A stretch of DNA of 64,000 nucleotides from Octopus bimaculoides (taxonomy: Eukaryota), in NCBI RefSeq assembly GCF_001194135.2, contig NC_068984.1, positions 137,686,590-137,750,589 on the forward strand. Reading direction: 5' to 3'. This document shows, piece by piece, positions 24,580-36,838 of the stretch. Within the stretch, counting starts at the first letter, position 1; every line of letters starts with the position of its first letter. Below the pieces are notes generated by a model. That model was not told the DNA's origin, did no database searches, and saw only the letters and a program-made list of their open reading frames with translations. A program made the position numbers and the translations under genes.

Positions 24580-26163
24580 CAGTCATGGCCAATGATTTTG
24601 GCAAACACCGTTTCCTTTTTGTTATTTCGTGTGAAATATCATGTGAATGTTTATGATTTAATATTATTTTAACAGGTTATCTATTATCCAATAAGATTTT
24701 AAAAGAAAAACTGTTGAAAACCAATAGATATTGCAAATAACCATCAGTTTGCGGAATTGGTTATATTTCCTCCTCTTCATGAATTCAAGCTGGAATCGCA
24801 TGCAAGCTAATAATTAATAACCAGAGCAATAGGTAAAGTTATGTATGATGTCATGATCGTTTTATGATTAACTTTTAATTAATGAATGCTCTTTTTCCTC
24901 ACAAAAACTTCAAATTTTCTTTTCTTTTATTGCAGGGATGACATTGGCACAAATAAGAAAAAAAAAAAAAGCAAATAAACGTCAGTCAATAATTTCTTTC
25001 CACCAAAATGACCTAACAATACGTGATATTGTTGTTAAAGGCATTGCACCTGAAAGAAATATGTACAGGATTATAGAAACCGTTCAAAGAGACAGGATCC
25101 ATGACGGTGAAGGAAGCCCCTGGTCATCAACGTCTGTCCTCTGACCGCCAAGACAGAGCATTGGTGTGACATTCATCGAGGAATCGAAGTGTTGGCAGCA
25201 AACAGCTTATTAAAGAGTGGGAACCAGCCAGTGTCAATGCTTCAGCTTGGGCTGTTCCACGACGACTTCTTGACAACGATCTCGCTTCAAGGAGTGCTAC
25301 AAGAAAACCTTTTTCCGTTCAAGAAAAACGTGAGGGACAAGCTTGCTTTTGCAGAAAATATGAAAACTGGTTTTGTGAACAATGGGACAAAGTGATTTTT
25401 TCAGATGAAGCACCGTTTCAATTGTTTGGGACATCTGGAAAAAGGCTCGTCTGAAAGCAACAAGGTGAGCGCTATGATGAGGCCTGCATCGTGCCCACGG
25501 TCAAGTATCCAGAAACCATTCATGTGTGGGGTTGCTTTTCATCCAAGGGCGTTGGATCACTGTCAGTTTTGCCGAAAAGACTTCTATGAATTCCAAATGG
25601 TACCAAAATATCCTTGAGAACCATTTCCTTCCAACCGTTGAGTGGCAGTTTGGCGAAGAAACTTGCATTTTCAAACAAGATGGAGCACTTTGCCACACTG
25701 CTAAAAAGATTGAAAAGTGTCTTGGAGATAAAGGTATTGAAATTTTGAAGCCTTGGCCGGGAAATTCTCTGGATTTAAATCCTATTGAAAATTTGTGGAC
25801 CATCCTTAAAATCCGAGTTGAAAGAGAAAAGCCAACAAATATTGAATAGCCAAAAGCTCTCGTACAGCAAGAATGGAAGCCTGTAAACATAGAACTGACT
25901 CAGAACTGACTCATAAAATGTTTAATTAATAAATCCAAGATTATATAATGCTGATGAATTCTAAAACGAATGAAATGGTGCTATGCATGATTACTTCCGA
26001 CGAGAAATTTTAAGAACTTCATATGTAAAATGTACAGCGAGAATGGAGGTCTGTAAACATAGAACTGACTCAGTGATTGGTTTCCAACATGCCCAAACTA
26101 ATCATGGATGTCTCGAATAATAGGGGTCGCCACTGCAAATATTGAGAGGAAGACGAATAACTG
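24580..26163 (+). mobile_element. Tc1-family DNA transposon relic with a pseudogenised DD34E transposase
   Basis: Left end TA|CAGTCATGGCC and degenerate right end ...AACTG|TA. Broken frames give WDKVIFSDEAPF, VWGCFSSKGVG, FKQDGALCH, WPGNSLDLNPIENLW and NMPKL...RGRHCKY*. Confidence 0.9.
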
Positions 26164-26623
26164 TATATCACGCCTTACTATTGTTCATATGGTTTGTAAA
26201 CATTAATAATTCAAAGAAAGAAAGAAGCAAAGCAATGCTTAAAACAAGGTAAAGTAATGATAAAAATAATAACCATAATAACATAGCAAGAATTATCATG
26301 TTAATAATCCGAAAATTCTCGAAGAATTTTGTCATTTCAGGATCAGCATATATTTTTCTAACTAAATACGGAAGAAATACTGTCCGGCACTCTCATAATT
26401 CGGCCAGGTGGTCGGCTGGCACAAGGCCATCAATTTCGGGTGAGGAGCTAAGTCGATTACATCGACCCCCAGTACTCAATTAGAACTTATTTTATCAACC
26501 CCGAAAGGATGAAAGGCAAAGTCGACCTCGGCAGAATTTGAACTCAGAACGTAAAGACAGACTAAGTATTTTGCATGGCTTGCTGACAATTTTGCCAGCT
26601 CGCTGTCTTAATAATAATAATAA

Positions 26624-26664
<41 letters not shown>

Positions 26665-26682
26665 TTAATCATAATAATAATA

Positions 26683-27178
26683 AGCTCCAGAAAACAGTGT
26701 TATTAGGGACAGCTAGGATACTTAGGAGGGTTCTTGGCATCTAAGGTTACTTGCTGTAGACCGATGTTAGGAAGTTTTCTTTTCCAACAGTCTAATCTGT
26801 TGTATGAATAATAATAATAATAATAATAATGTGCAATCGAACACCGTCGGTCGGATATTGTCATATTGAATAAGAGAGACAAATGCTGTCAGATCATCGA
26901 TGTAGCCATACAAAATGACATGAATGTCGTGGGTAAAGAGGTTGAAGAAATCACCAAGGGCTCCGAATTGAAAGTGGAAATGGCAAAAGTGTATGGGATG
27001 CGATAGGGTAATGTAAAAGTGATACCAGGCAACTGGAAATCCCATGCAAGATTGATGTCTTGCAAAAAGCAGCCTTATTGGGAACAGCGCACATCTTAAG
27101 AAAAGTATTATCTGTCTGAGGTCCTTGTTGTGACTTGACAGATGACTAAAGACTCCGGTGCATTTTTACTTACACTGT
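26683..27178 (+). mobile_element. Two adjacent R4/Dong-like LINE 3' ends separated by (TAA)n
   Basis: LQKTVLLGTARILRRVLGI* and ...GTAHILRKVLSV* are RLE-domain C-termini; each piece is flanked by TAA repeats. Confidence 0.75.
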
Positions 27179-28201
27179 AATAATAATAATAATAATAATA
27201 ATAATCATGATGATGATGATAATGATGATGATGTTGGTTTCTGGACTTGGATATAAATGTATCACTTTTGAGGAGAAGGGAGTCTCATCGATATCTTGCT
27301 CCACTCCCCACGCAGCACTTAACTGATTCTTTACTTTAACGACCCCAGTAAGATGAAAAGCAAAGTTGATCTTGGCTGGATTTGAACACAAAACGTAAGA
27401 AATACCGTTAAAGCATTTCTTCCGGCACTTTAAGGGCGAAAATATACAGTAGATATTGTAAAATATTTAGTCCAATAAGAAATAGAAAAAAACAAAAAAA
27501 CAACAACAAAAAGCTAAAATAAATGTATGAATAAATAAATAAATAAATAGATAAAAATGCAGAAACCGAGAAGGAGGGAAATAAAAGTAAAACCCACAAA
27601 TAAATAATTGGAAGTTGGCAGAATGAAAAAGGAAATTACCATGACATAAAATCAAAGAGGACTTTATTGCTATCTGTGTAGACATAAGCTAATGTAAAAC
27701 GACACAAACTAACCGCATCACCTCCATATTTCCCAAGTCAACACCATTACGGAGAACGTAAACCAACTCAACAATAACGCTAATAATTCAGTATATGCTA
27801 GGTAAATACTCGATGGGTTTGCTGAAGGAAAAAAAATACTTCCATGTAGGCGTCATCAGAGTTAGGCATAGCTTGTATGTATTACTGGAACATATTTCCA
27901 CTGCTGATTCGCGAATACTATGATTGTTACGCCAAAAGAGAAAACGCACACACACACACGTACACGTAGTACACGTACATATACGCGCGCGTGCACATGC
28001 GTATAATATACATACATGAAAAGAAAACTCACACCATGCGTCTACAATGCTTCTATTTTCCTTCAACTCATAGTATACATACGTATATATATATATATAT
28101 ATATNNNNNNNNNNNATAAAAGATGATTTCTGATATAGGCAAAAGCTTCGGGTTTCTATTGGAGAGCTACACACACGCACGCACGCACGCACTCACATGC
28201 A

Positions 28202-28235
<34 letters not shown>

Positions 28236-29459
28236 TGCACGTACGCACGCACGCGTACACACACATACGGCCAGACACATACACACACACGCACGTACGC
28301 ACACACATACACATACGCACGCGCGCGCACATACACATGGCCACACGCAGACACATACACACACGCGCACACGCAAGCACACACATACAACCACACACAC
28401 ATACACATACACGCGCACACACGCATACACACATGCACTCACACGCACATACACAGACACACACGGCCACATACAAACATATACACACACACACAGACAT
28501 GCATATACACACGCACTCACGCACACATTCACACGTACATACATACACACACGCACACACACACGGTCACACACAGACACACATACACACACACACACAC
28601 GCACGCACACGCGCGTACACGCACAAAACCGAAACCAATCACGCAAACGTCAGAGATGTCTTCTAGACATCATTAGGATCACAAAATCGATAAGTGATAT
28701 TACGGAACCGAATTTATTAAGAACACATTAATTAGACATTTGATCTCTGAATATTTTATTAAAACCCTAAGGGATCTCGATCGATTTCAGGAAAAATGGT
28801 GAAGAAATATTGCGATATGAAGTAACCGTTACACAAAGTCAGATTTAATAGGGAGGTAAACAGGTGATTAGGTTACTAAAGACTATATGCGCTAATTTGT
28901 GAATAGTACCACTAAGAGCCCCTTTCCCACAAAAAACGTCAAATAAAAAAAATATAAGGAAAACATGGCCTACATCTGTAAAAGCAAAATGACAATTGCT
29001 TTTATTATGTTACCGCACGAATCCGACTAGTTACAAAATCCTCATCTTGTTACAATAGCCCGGAGCGTGGATCTGCAGTGGAGATTTAAAGAGAGAAACA
29101 GAGTTGGTGACTGCTGAAGATCAAGCCTTAAAACTTATTTAATGAGTGGACGTATACATTTCACTGTATCAACGAATAAGTGCCGCCATTGTAATTATTA
29201 GATGGGAAATATTAGCCGTATTGTGTAGCAGGACGCAAAATGTATGTCAGGGCAGAAAGAATACAAGAAGCGTTGTGATAAGGATTATCTGAATTTACAC
29301 GGGTTACTTTGTTAAAAAAACACCGATGTAGCATGTTAAACAAGTTGTACAAATATGTACTAGAAAAATATTTTTAAAACTCCAAAACAAAACAAAACTT
29401 ATATTTGTCAATACAAGTTTGTAAACTTTTATAACAACGAACAAATACAATTGAAATTA

Positions 29460-29880
29460 AACATTTAGGAGTATACGTAGATGGTATTGCGAGATACAAT
29501 CTGCCTCATGGTCTCGGTGGAAAAAATGGAAAAAGCGTTGTCTCGAAAGATAGCAAGGAAGACGCCCTGGAATAATCACTTCGTCTTCCGGGCCTCCCAC
29601 TTGCTGAAAGCCATCTCTGCCCCAGGTCTCCACTGTCATAGACTCAGCTACAAATCTGTCAAAGCGTGGTTGATACTTTGACAGTTTGCCTTTCTCTGCG
29701 TGACGAGCAGAGAAGCCTGGGTTGAGAGCCGAACAAACCGGGTTGCGACTGGAAAAGATATTGCAATATGCGGCACCTCAGCTGAGGGGCCTGTCACCGT
29801 GGATCGGTAAAACTGTCATGCTGTATGGCCTCTGTCCAGCTCCACTTCCACGAGCTGGGAAAGGAAGAACAGTTTGTAAA
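29460..29880. mobile_element. Degenerate non-LTR retrotransposon fragment (Tx1/L1-like, tentative)
   Basis: GC-richer, coding-like segment with broken frames; family assignment is by weak resemblance only. Confidence 0.35.
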
Positions 29881-29884
29881 TAAA

Positions 29885-30240
29885 TCTAAGTCAAAAATTC
29901 TGTAGGATTTTGACATTCAACAAGACAGGACATCTGAAAACCGAAGATCAAATAAAAACGGCATAAAAAAAGAGAATGTCTCATAACAGGCGTTGCAATA
30001 TTGCAGAGAAGGAAGTTGTTAGACCTCAGAATCTATTAATTTAAGAGTCAAGAATGTAGAAATGTCAGACAGCTAAAGTGAAAGTTATGGCTGTTATCAT
30101 CGGAGCATTACATAAACTTTCCCGGAAATAACTTTACCTACCGAAACAGCAAGACATCAAGCCAGATAACTAAGTACTCCAAACAACTTCTTGGAACACC
30201 TCAAATTCTTTGGAAGGTACTTTTGGTCTAAGGTCTTTTA
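29885..30240 (+). mobile_element. Degenerate R4/Dong-like RLE 3' end
   Basis: KIL.DFDIQ, KVKVMAVIIGAL and LLGTPQIL..VL motifs in broken frames. Confidence 0.55.
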
Positions 30241-30510
30241 TTAAGGCTTGGAAGTTAGCATGAAGTATAAACAATAAAGCCATTATATTTTATCCATTAT
30301 TCGTTTAGGCGGCAAGATTGTTGCGTTTCTTCTGGTTCTTAATGTTTCGTGTCATAAAAAGAACTCTGCTGAGTTCGACGTTGCCGTTCATCCTTCTGAA
30401 GTCGATAAAATAAGTACCAGTTGAACACTGGAGCCGAAGTAATTGACTAGTACCCTCCCCTAAAACTTCAGGCTTTGTGCCTATCGTAGGAAGGATTACT
30501 ATTATTATTG

Positions 30511-30757
30511 CTCAGTAGTTTTATTTTTATAACGTGCTTTCACTTCACTACCGAGCGCAGCTCTGTGTGCCTTGGGTATGTGCTGTGGTTTGCTGTGATG
30601 CTCTTATGGTTACTGTATTGAAAGTGTTTTACGTAGGATGTGTGCAGTGCCCAGTAGTGCAATTTTCTGTATGTTATATATATTTATAAGTCCTGGTGTT
30701 TTTGTTATGTATTTGTCTGAATATTTTTTTATTATACCTAAGGCACCTACTATGATA
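30511..30757 (-). mobile_element. 5'-truncated R4/Dong-like LINE 3' end in (TAA)n
   Basis: Near-identical to 36285-36765; encodes IIVGALGIIKKYSDKYITKTPG...GTAHILRKTLSIQ*; ATT repeats on both sides. Confidence 0.85.
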
Positions 30758-30929
30758 TCATTATTATTATTATTATTATTATTTTATTATTGCGAAGGCG
30801 GCGAGCTGGCAGAATTGATAGCATGTCGGGGAAAATGTTAGTCGGTATTTCGTCCGTCTTTACATTGAGTTCAGAATTCACCGAGGTCAACTTTGTCTTT
30901 CATTCTTGCGAGGTCGATAGAAGAAGGCG

Positions 30930-31190
30930 TTTCTTTGACAATGAGCTGGTGTGGGCGTTGTTTGTCAAACTCACTTCTTCGCTGCTTGTATTTCTGGCTG
31001 AGCAGTAGTCCTGGATGAAGCGTAGACCGCGGCAGGGTGTTTGGCACCTAGGATGCTGCCAGGCGCTTATAATTATCTGCCAGTCGGGCAATGCAGTCGG
31101 TGAAAGTTCCACTTTGCCTCCCATAAGGCTTAGTGGCGGTCCAGCGCGATGACGGTCTGAGGTCATTGTAGTCGACTAGCTCCAATCCCT
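30930..31190 (+). mobile_element. Tx1-like LINE internal fragment
   Basis: RRFFDNELVWALFVK...SWMKRRPRQGVWHLGCCQAL. It may be the same copy as 32720-33330, split by SINE insertions. Confidence 0.5.
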
Positions 31191-31199
31191 CTGCCTATA

Positions 31200-31605
31200 C
31201 TCTTTTACTCTTTTACTTGTTTAAGTCATTTGATTGCGGCCATGCTGGAGCACCACCTTCAGTCGAGCAAATCGACCCCAGGGCTTATTCTTTGTAAGCC
31301 TAGTACTTATTCTATGGGTCTCTTTTGCCGAACCGCTAAGTTACGGGGACGTAAACACACCAGCATCGGTTGTCAAGCGATGTTGGGGGGACAAACACAC
31401 AGACACATACACCCCCCCACACACATATAGACATACATACATACATATATACGACGGGCTTCTTTCAGTTTCCGTCTACCAAATCCACTCACAAGGCTTT
31501 GGTCGGCCCGTGGCTATAGTAGAAGACACTTGCCCAAGGTGCCACGCAGTGGGACTGAACTCGGAACCATGTGGTTTGTAAGCAAGCTACTTACCACACA
31601 GCCAA
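31200..31605 (-). mobile_element. Near full-length GGCTGTGTGG-family SINE
   Basis: Reverse complement of the 37831-38290 copy, including the internal CA/TA microsatellite. Confidence 0.85.
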
Positions 31606-32327
31606 TTCGACTTTCATATCCCTCAGTGAGTGCATTTTGAGAATTAATGTTTTCTGTCCGTTTAATTGTTTGTTGTATTCGGTGTATTACAGTTTGGTTG
31701 CGCATCTTCTTTCGAAAGTCAGTTTACTTTAGATATTTAAAAAAGAAATATTGTTGTTTGATGAAGAAGAAAGAGTGGTGATAGAAGACAGAAAGAAGAA
31801 TGGAAGTGGAAGAAACGTCACTTCATATTTACGAAAGCAAGTTTTGTCCCAGTGTTTCAAAGTTCGTAAGACAATATTAACGCAAGCATCGTCGTCTCCG
31901 ACAGCAGCAGTAGCACCAACAAACAGCAACACCGTTATCAATCATTACCACGATCGTGTATAGCAGTAGAACAGTATAAAAGCTGGAACAAGCGATACAA
32001 AAATACACGCAAAGACAAAAAATTGTAACTGTCTTTTGTAGCAACACCAGTGCAGAGGTGTGTGGCTTAGTGGTTAATGGTCGTAAAATTAAGGGTTCGA
32101 TTCTGGGATCGGGCGTTGCATTGTGTTCTTGAATAATACCCTTCATTTCATTGTTGTTCTAGTCCTCTCAACTAGCAAAAAATGAGTCATATGAGCAAGT
32201 CGGCGATGGATGGGGAACATGTCAACAAAACAAACAGAAGGCCTCGGTAGGAACGAGAACTTCTGGATTGACAGAAGTTTTAGATGTTAACTTTTTTTTT
32301 TTTCATCACCACCTATGCCACTCCTGT

Positions 32328-32610
32328 GGAGGCGCAATGGCCCAGTGGTTAGGGCAGCGGTCGGAGGATCGCGGTTTCGATTCCCAGACCGGGCGTTGTG
32401 AGTGTTTATTGAGCGAAAACACCTAAGCGCCACGAGGCTCCGGCAGTGGATGGTGGCGACCCCTGTTGTACTCTTCCGCCCCAACTTTCTCTCATTCTTT
32501 CTTCCTGTTTCTTGCGATGGACTGGCGTCCCGTCCAACTGGTGGGGAACACATACGCTATAGAAACCGGGAAACCGGGCCCATGAACCTGGGTAGGCTTT
32601 GCAAGGGCGA
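32328..32610 (+). mobile_element. Chimeric SINE: GGAGGCGCAATGG head with a GCGATGGACTGGCG tail
   Basis: Follows the 22821 family until about 32513, then switches to the 3' half of the 19708 family. Confidence 0.7.
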
Positions 32611-32719
32611 CGTTTATCGTTTATGCCTCTACTATCACATCCACTGTAGCTGCTGGTATACTAGTAGCAGAAAAGCACCATCACCATCACCATCACCAGC
32701 AAAAAGCAACATGACAACA

Positions 32720-33330
32720 GCTACAGTATAGGTCTCTCTAGTAAAAAGAAAAGAAAATCAAAGAGAGGCCAATAGGATCGCAGTAGACATAGAGCTTGAG
32801 TCATGGAAGAAACAACTAAGAACAGGGTTTTATATTGATGTGTGGCGGGTAAGAAACGGGTGGAATGGTACACACAAGCTTAGGTGGGAAATTACTTGAG
32901 GGGCGTTGAAGCAAAAAGCAGTCCGTCGCTCGCAGAAGTCGATATGGGACAACAGAGGTGCATTTCCATTCCTCTTAAAAAGGAATCGATCAAAAAGATG
33001 ATAGACACTTTCCCTCCATCTTTTATACAAATTCTTATATTTTCAAGTTCTACTTTGAGAAGAAATTGAGGGGAGGAGGTTCTGTCCTTCAGGGAATTTA
33101 CTAAAAGGTGGGTGAAAGTAGAGAGAATGACTCGTGTGAATGAGCTTACTCTCTGTATGTGCTTTATCCTTGGGAGAGACTTGCCTTTGGTGGTGAGTTT
33201 CATTTGTAGGGGGTTCCTTGATTAACCGAAGCATCAGATTTTATCTCTTTTGTGTACTTTGATTTCTATGCGCGTAAACAACCACTGGTGGTTTTTGTGT
33301 GATTTGTTTTATACTGTTCAATTTGTGACA
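32720..33330 (+). mobile_element. Tx1-like LINE 3' end
   Basis: FYFEKKLR...EFTKRWVKVERMTRVNELTL followed by a T/G-rich UTR. Confidence 0.5.
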
Positions 33331-33429
33331 CATAAAAAGAAATTGTTGTTGTAGTTGTGTGTGTTGGATGGACCGCATTTTGTCTTGCGCAAAATTAGTT
33401 GTTTTTGTTTGAAATACTTCGTTTTGTTT

Positions 33430-33679
33430 ATTACTCTTTTACTCTTTTTTACTTTTTTTGAGTGATTTGACCGAGGCTATGCTGCAGCACCGCCTTTGGT
33501 CGAGCAAATCGACCCCAGGACTTATTCTTTGTAAGCCTAGTACTTATTCTATCGGTTCTTTTGCCGAACCGCTAAGTTACGGGGACGGAAACACACCAGC
33601 ATCGGTTGTCAAGCGATGTTGGGGGGACAAACACAGACACACAAACATATACACACACATACATACATACATACATACA

Positions 33680-33713
<34 letters not shown>

Positions 33714-33812
33714 CGACGGGCTTCTTTCAGTTTCCTCTATCAAACCCACTCACAAGGCTTTGGTTGGCCCGAGGCTATAGCAGAAGACACTTGCCCAAGG
33801 TGCCACGCAGTG
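33430..33812 (-). mobile_element. GGCTGTGTGG-family SINE abutting an R4-like LINE just after its zinc knuckle
   Basis: Matches the family; internal (CATA)n; the LINE motif QYIH ends at the SINE boundary. Confidence 0.8.
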
Positions 33813-33814
33813 AA

Positions 33815-34862
33815 TATACTGTGTTGCTCTAACATGCCTGTTGCGATACTCTGTACGCGCAAGAAGACTGCACATAGGGACAACATGATCAATGGTTTAA
33901 TTTTGTTGTTGACATACACGACATGTTGGGAAGCTGGCGTTCTTTAATATGCTGGCAGGCAGCTTCTTGCAGGTAGGCATTTATCTTGGGCTGCTATGAT
34001 AAACCCTTCTGTTTCTGATTTTAAGCCAGAAGACACTAACCATTGATGGGAAAGGGCTTTGTCGCCATCGGCATTATTAGCTCTCTGCGTATTTGCCATT
34101 CAGGCGGTAGTTTTAGCACGGGTTGTTTCCAGTACGTCTAGTTCTGGGATTTGTTGTATTTGGAATTCACTTAGATATTCCTTTGCCTGTTTTGTTACTG
34201 AGTATGATGTTTTCTTGTTTTCATGCTTTAAGACAAGTTTTCACATCCAGTCATCAGAGCTTTTCAGGCAGGTGTTTAGGCCAATTATGGCAATCTTCAT
34301 TGTTGATGTTAATCCCAGCTGTAAAAGTCGACGGCCTCCCTCTTTTCTTAGCAGGTAAAGTCGGTTTATATCTGCCTTAGAGTGGTGCAATCTATGCATT
34401 GTCAACAATCTTCGTATTTTTCTGTCAAGATTACATATTTCAGTAATTGACCAATTAATGATCTTGAGACTGTAAGTCACGACCAGTATGGCTAAAGTAT
34501 TGATCACTTCGATCCTGTTTCATGCACTCAGCTCTGCCTTGAGTATTGTCCTTACCCTACGATAACATTCTCTTCTGACCCTTTCCCTCATCACTGAATG
34601 TTAGATTCCATCACCTTCAAATATCCATAGGTATTGGTAGCTATCCGCTGGTTCTAACTCCTCTATGACATTTTGCTGGTCAAGATTAATGTTGGACGTT
34701 TCTGTCATTTTTCCTTTGATAAAAGCAGCTTTTGCTCATTTATCGATGCCAAATTGCATCCTGGTGTCATCACTGAATTGTTTAACAATTGTTAGTGAGC
34801 CCTGTAATTGTTGGTCATATCTCTCATATTGATTTTTTCATCACTTGGGACTGTAAAGTCAA
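33815..34862 (-). mobile_element. R4/Dong-like LINE internal fragment (RT C-terminus to CCHC)
   Basis: INTLAILVVTYS...LDRKIRRLLTMHRLHHSKADINRLYLLRKEGGR and CRVCQQQN.TIDHV...C..LA.TEY.NRH. Confidence 0.85.
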
Positions 34863-34889
34863 TTATCTAGCACTTTCTATTCTTTTTAT

Positions 34890-34960
<71 letters not shown>

Positions 34961-35830
34961 GGCTTCATTACTCTGTCAGTCTGAATGTTAAAGTTCCACA
35001 TCTTGTATTTCTTACTTTCTAGTACTTTCCTAGGTCCATGTTCATACTGTTTATCAGCATGTTCAAATCCTAGCTTTCTGCATAGCTCCCAGTGGATTGC
35101 TCACCTTAGGTTGTCATGTCTTTTCTTGTATTCTTTCTGTGACAACCTGCTACATTCACTTACTATATGAGTAATGCTTTCCTGTTTATTGGGAATCTAC
35201 TCGGTTTTTGTTTATCTTGGCTTTTATCCAATTAGTTCTTAATGTTTGATCTTATGCAGCTATTAACAAAGTTTCTGTCTCCCTTTTCAGCTTTCCTTTC
35301 TACAATCATAGCCATGCCTCACTAATACTATTTGCTGCAACTATCTTTGAGAATCTACTATGCAACGCCTTCTCCTACCAGTTAAATAATTCCTTTTCTT
35401 TTTTCTGGTTTTTAACTTCGTTTAGGTTTTTGGTTTCTCAATGTCTTACTGTGACTCTAGTAGCTTTTAATAAACTTTCTTTGCTATTATCTACATAAGA
35501 GTCTATATCTACTCTAGCTCACTCCACGCAGTCTTCTACTGATATTAACCCTCTTCCGCCTTCCTTTCTCGGTAAGTATAGTCCTGCTACTCCTGATCTT
35601 AGGTGGAGACCTTCATTCATATTGAATTCCTTCATAGTTCTTCTGTTTCACTTTGCTAACTGAGTTTTTGTTCAATCAGTTCTGTTCAATCAGTTTTTGT
35701 TCAAAAGCTGCTGAGTATCTAAGTAATGATTCTGCCCAAATATTTACATCCTTCACTAGATTCGGACCGTTTAGCTTTGACTTCATTAGCTTCCTCACCT
35801 TTCTGATGTACACCATCTCAATTTTCATTT
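34961..35830 (-). mobile_element. A second, divergent R4/Dong-like LINE fragment
   Basis: RKVRKLMKSKLNG, LYLPRKEGGRGLISVEDC, ETETLLIAA, HDNL..IHWELCRKLG and WNFNIQTD; bounded by (TAC)n and (ATC/ATT)n. Confidence 0.8.
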
Positions 35831-35848
35831 CCATTCATATCATCATCA

Positions 35849-35929
<81 letters not shown>

Positions 35930-36250
35930 CTTCGCAACACAGTGTAGGTACAAATGCACCGGAGTCTTTAGTCCTCTGTTAAGTCACAACAAGGACCTCA
36001 GACAGATAATACTTTTCTTAAGATGTGCGCTGTTCCCAATAAGGCTGCTTTTTGCAAGATTTCCAGTTGCCTTAAGAAGTCTTGAAGTTTCAATGGGATT
36101 GAACCCAACGCTCAGATCACCACTGGTATCACTTTTACATTACCCTCTCGAATTCCATACAGTCTTGCCATTTCCACTTTCAATTCGGAGTACTTGGTGA
36201 TGTTTTCAACCTCTTTACTCACAACGTTCATATCATTTGGCATTCACTAG
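35930..36250 (-). mobile_element. R4/Dong-like LINE 3' end (same family as 26835-27178)
   Basis: Shares GAACAGCGCACATCTTAAGAAAAGTATTATCTGTCTGAGGTCCTTGTTGTGACTT; flanked by ATT/TAA repeats. Confidence 0.8.
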
Positions 36251-36284
36251 CGTAATAATAATAACATTATTATTATTATTATTG

Positions 36285-36761
36285 TTCAGTAGTTTTATTT
36301 TTATAACGTGCTTTCACTTCACTACCGAGCGCAGCTCTGTGCGCCTTGGGTATGTGCTGTGGTTTGCTGTGGTGATTTTATGTTTACTGTATTGAAAGTG
36401 TTTTGCGTAGAATGTGTGCAGTACCCAGTAGTGCAATTTTCTGTATGTTACATATATTTGTAAGTCCTGGTATTTTTGTTATGTATTTGTCTGAGTATTT
36501 TTTTATTATACCTAAGGCACCTACTATGATAGGAATTGTTTCTGTTTTTAGACTCCACATTCGAGTTATCTCTATTTCCAGGTCTTTGTATTTTGAAAGT
36601 TTTTCCATTTCTTTTCGAGAAACGTTGTCATCTGCTGGTATTGATACATCAATTAGAAAGCATTTTTTTCCTTCATGATCTTTGACAACTATATCTGGTC
36701 TATTTGCCTTAATTTCTCTATCTGTGTGTATTGGCATATCCCAGAGTATGGGATATGCCAA

Positions 36762-36765
<4 letters not shown>
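36285..36765 (-). mobile_element. R4/Dong-like LINE 3' end with an open RLE endonuclease frame
   Basis: YPILWDMPIHTDREIKANRPDIVVKDHEGKKCFLIDVSIP...EKLSKYKDLEIEI...GTAHILRKTLSIQ* (PD..D..K-type RLE); flanked by (ATT)n on both sides. Confidence 0.9.

Positions 36766-36838
<73 letters not shown>

Noticed and set aside
28123-28731. Long His/Thr- and Cys/Val-rich ORFs (also at 10.1-10.6, 12.1-12.5, 24.2-24.6 and 43-44.3 kb)
   Set aside because: Translations of CA/TG/TA microsatellites or N gaps, with no coding signature.
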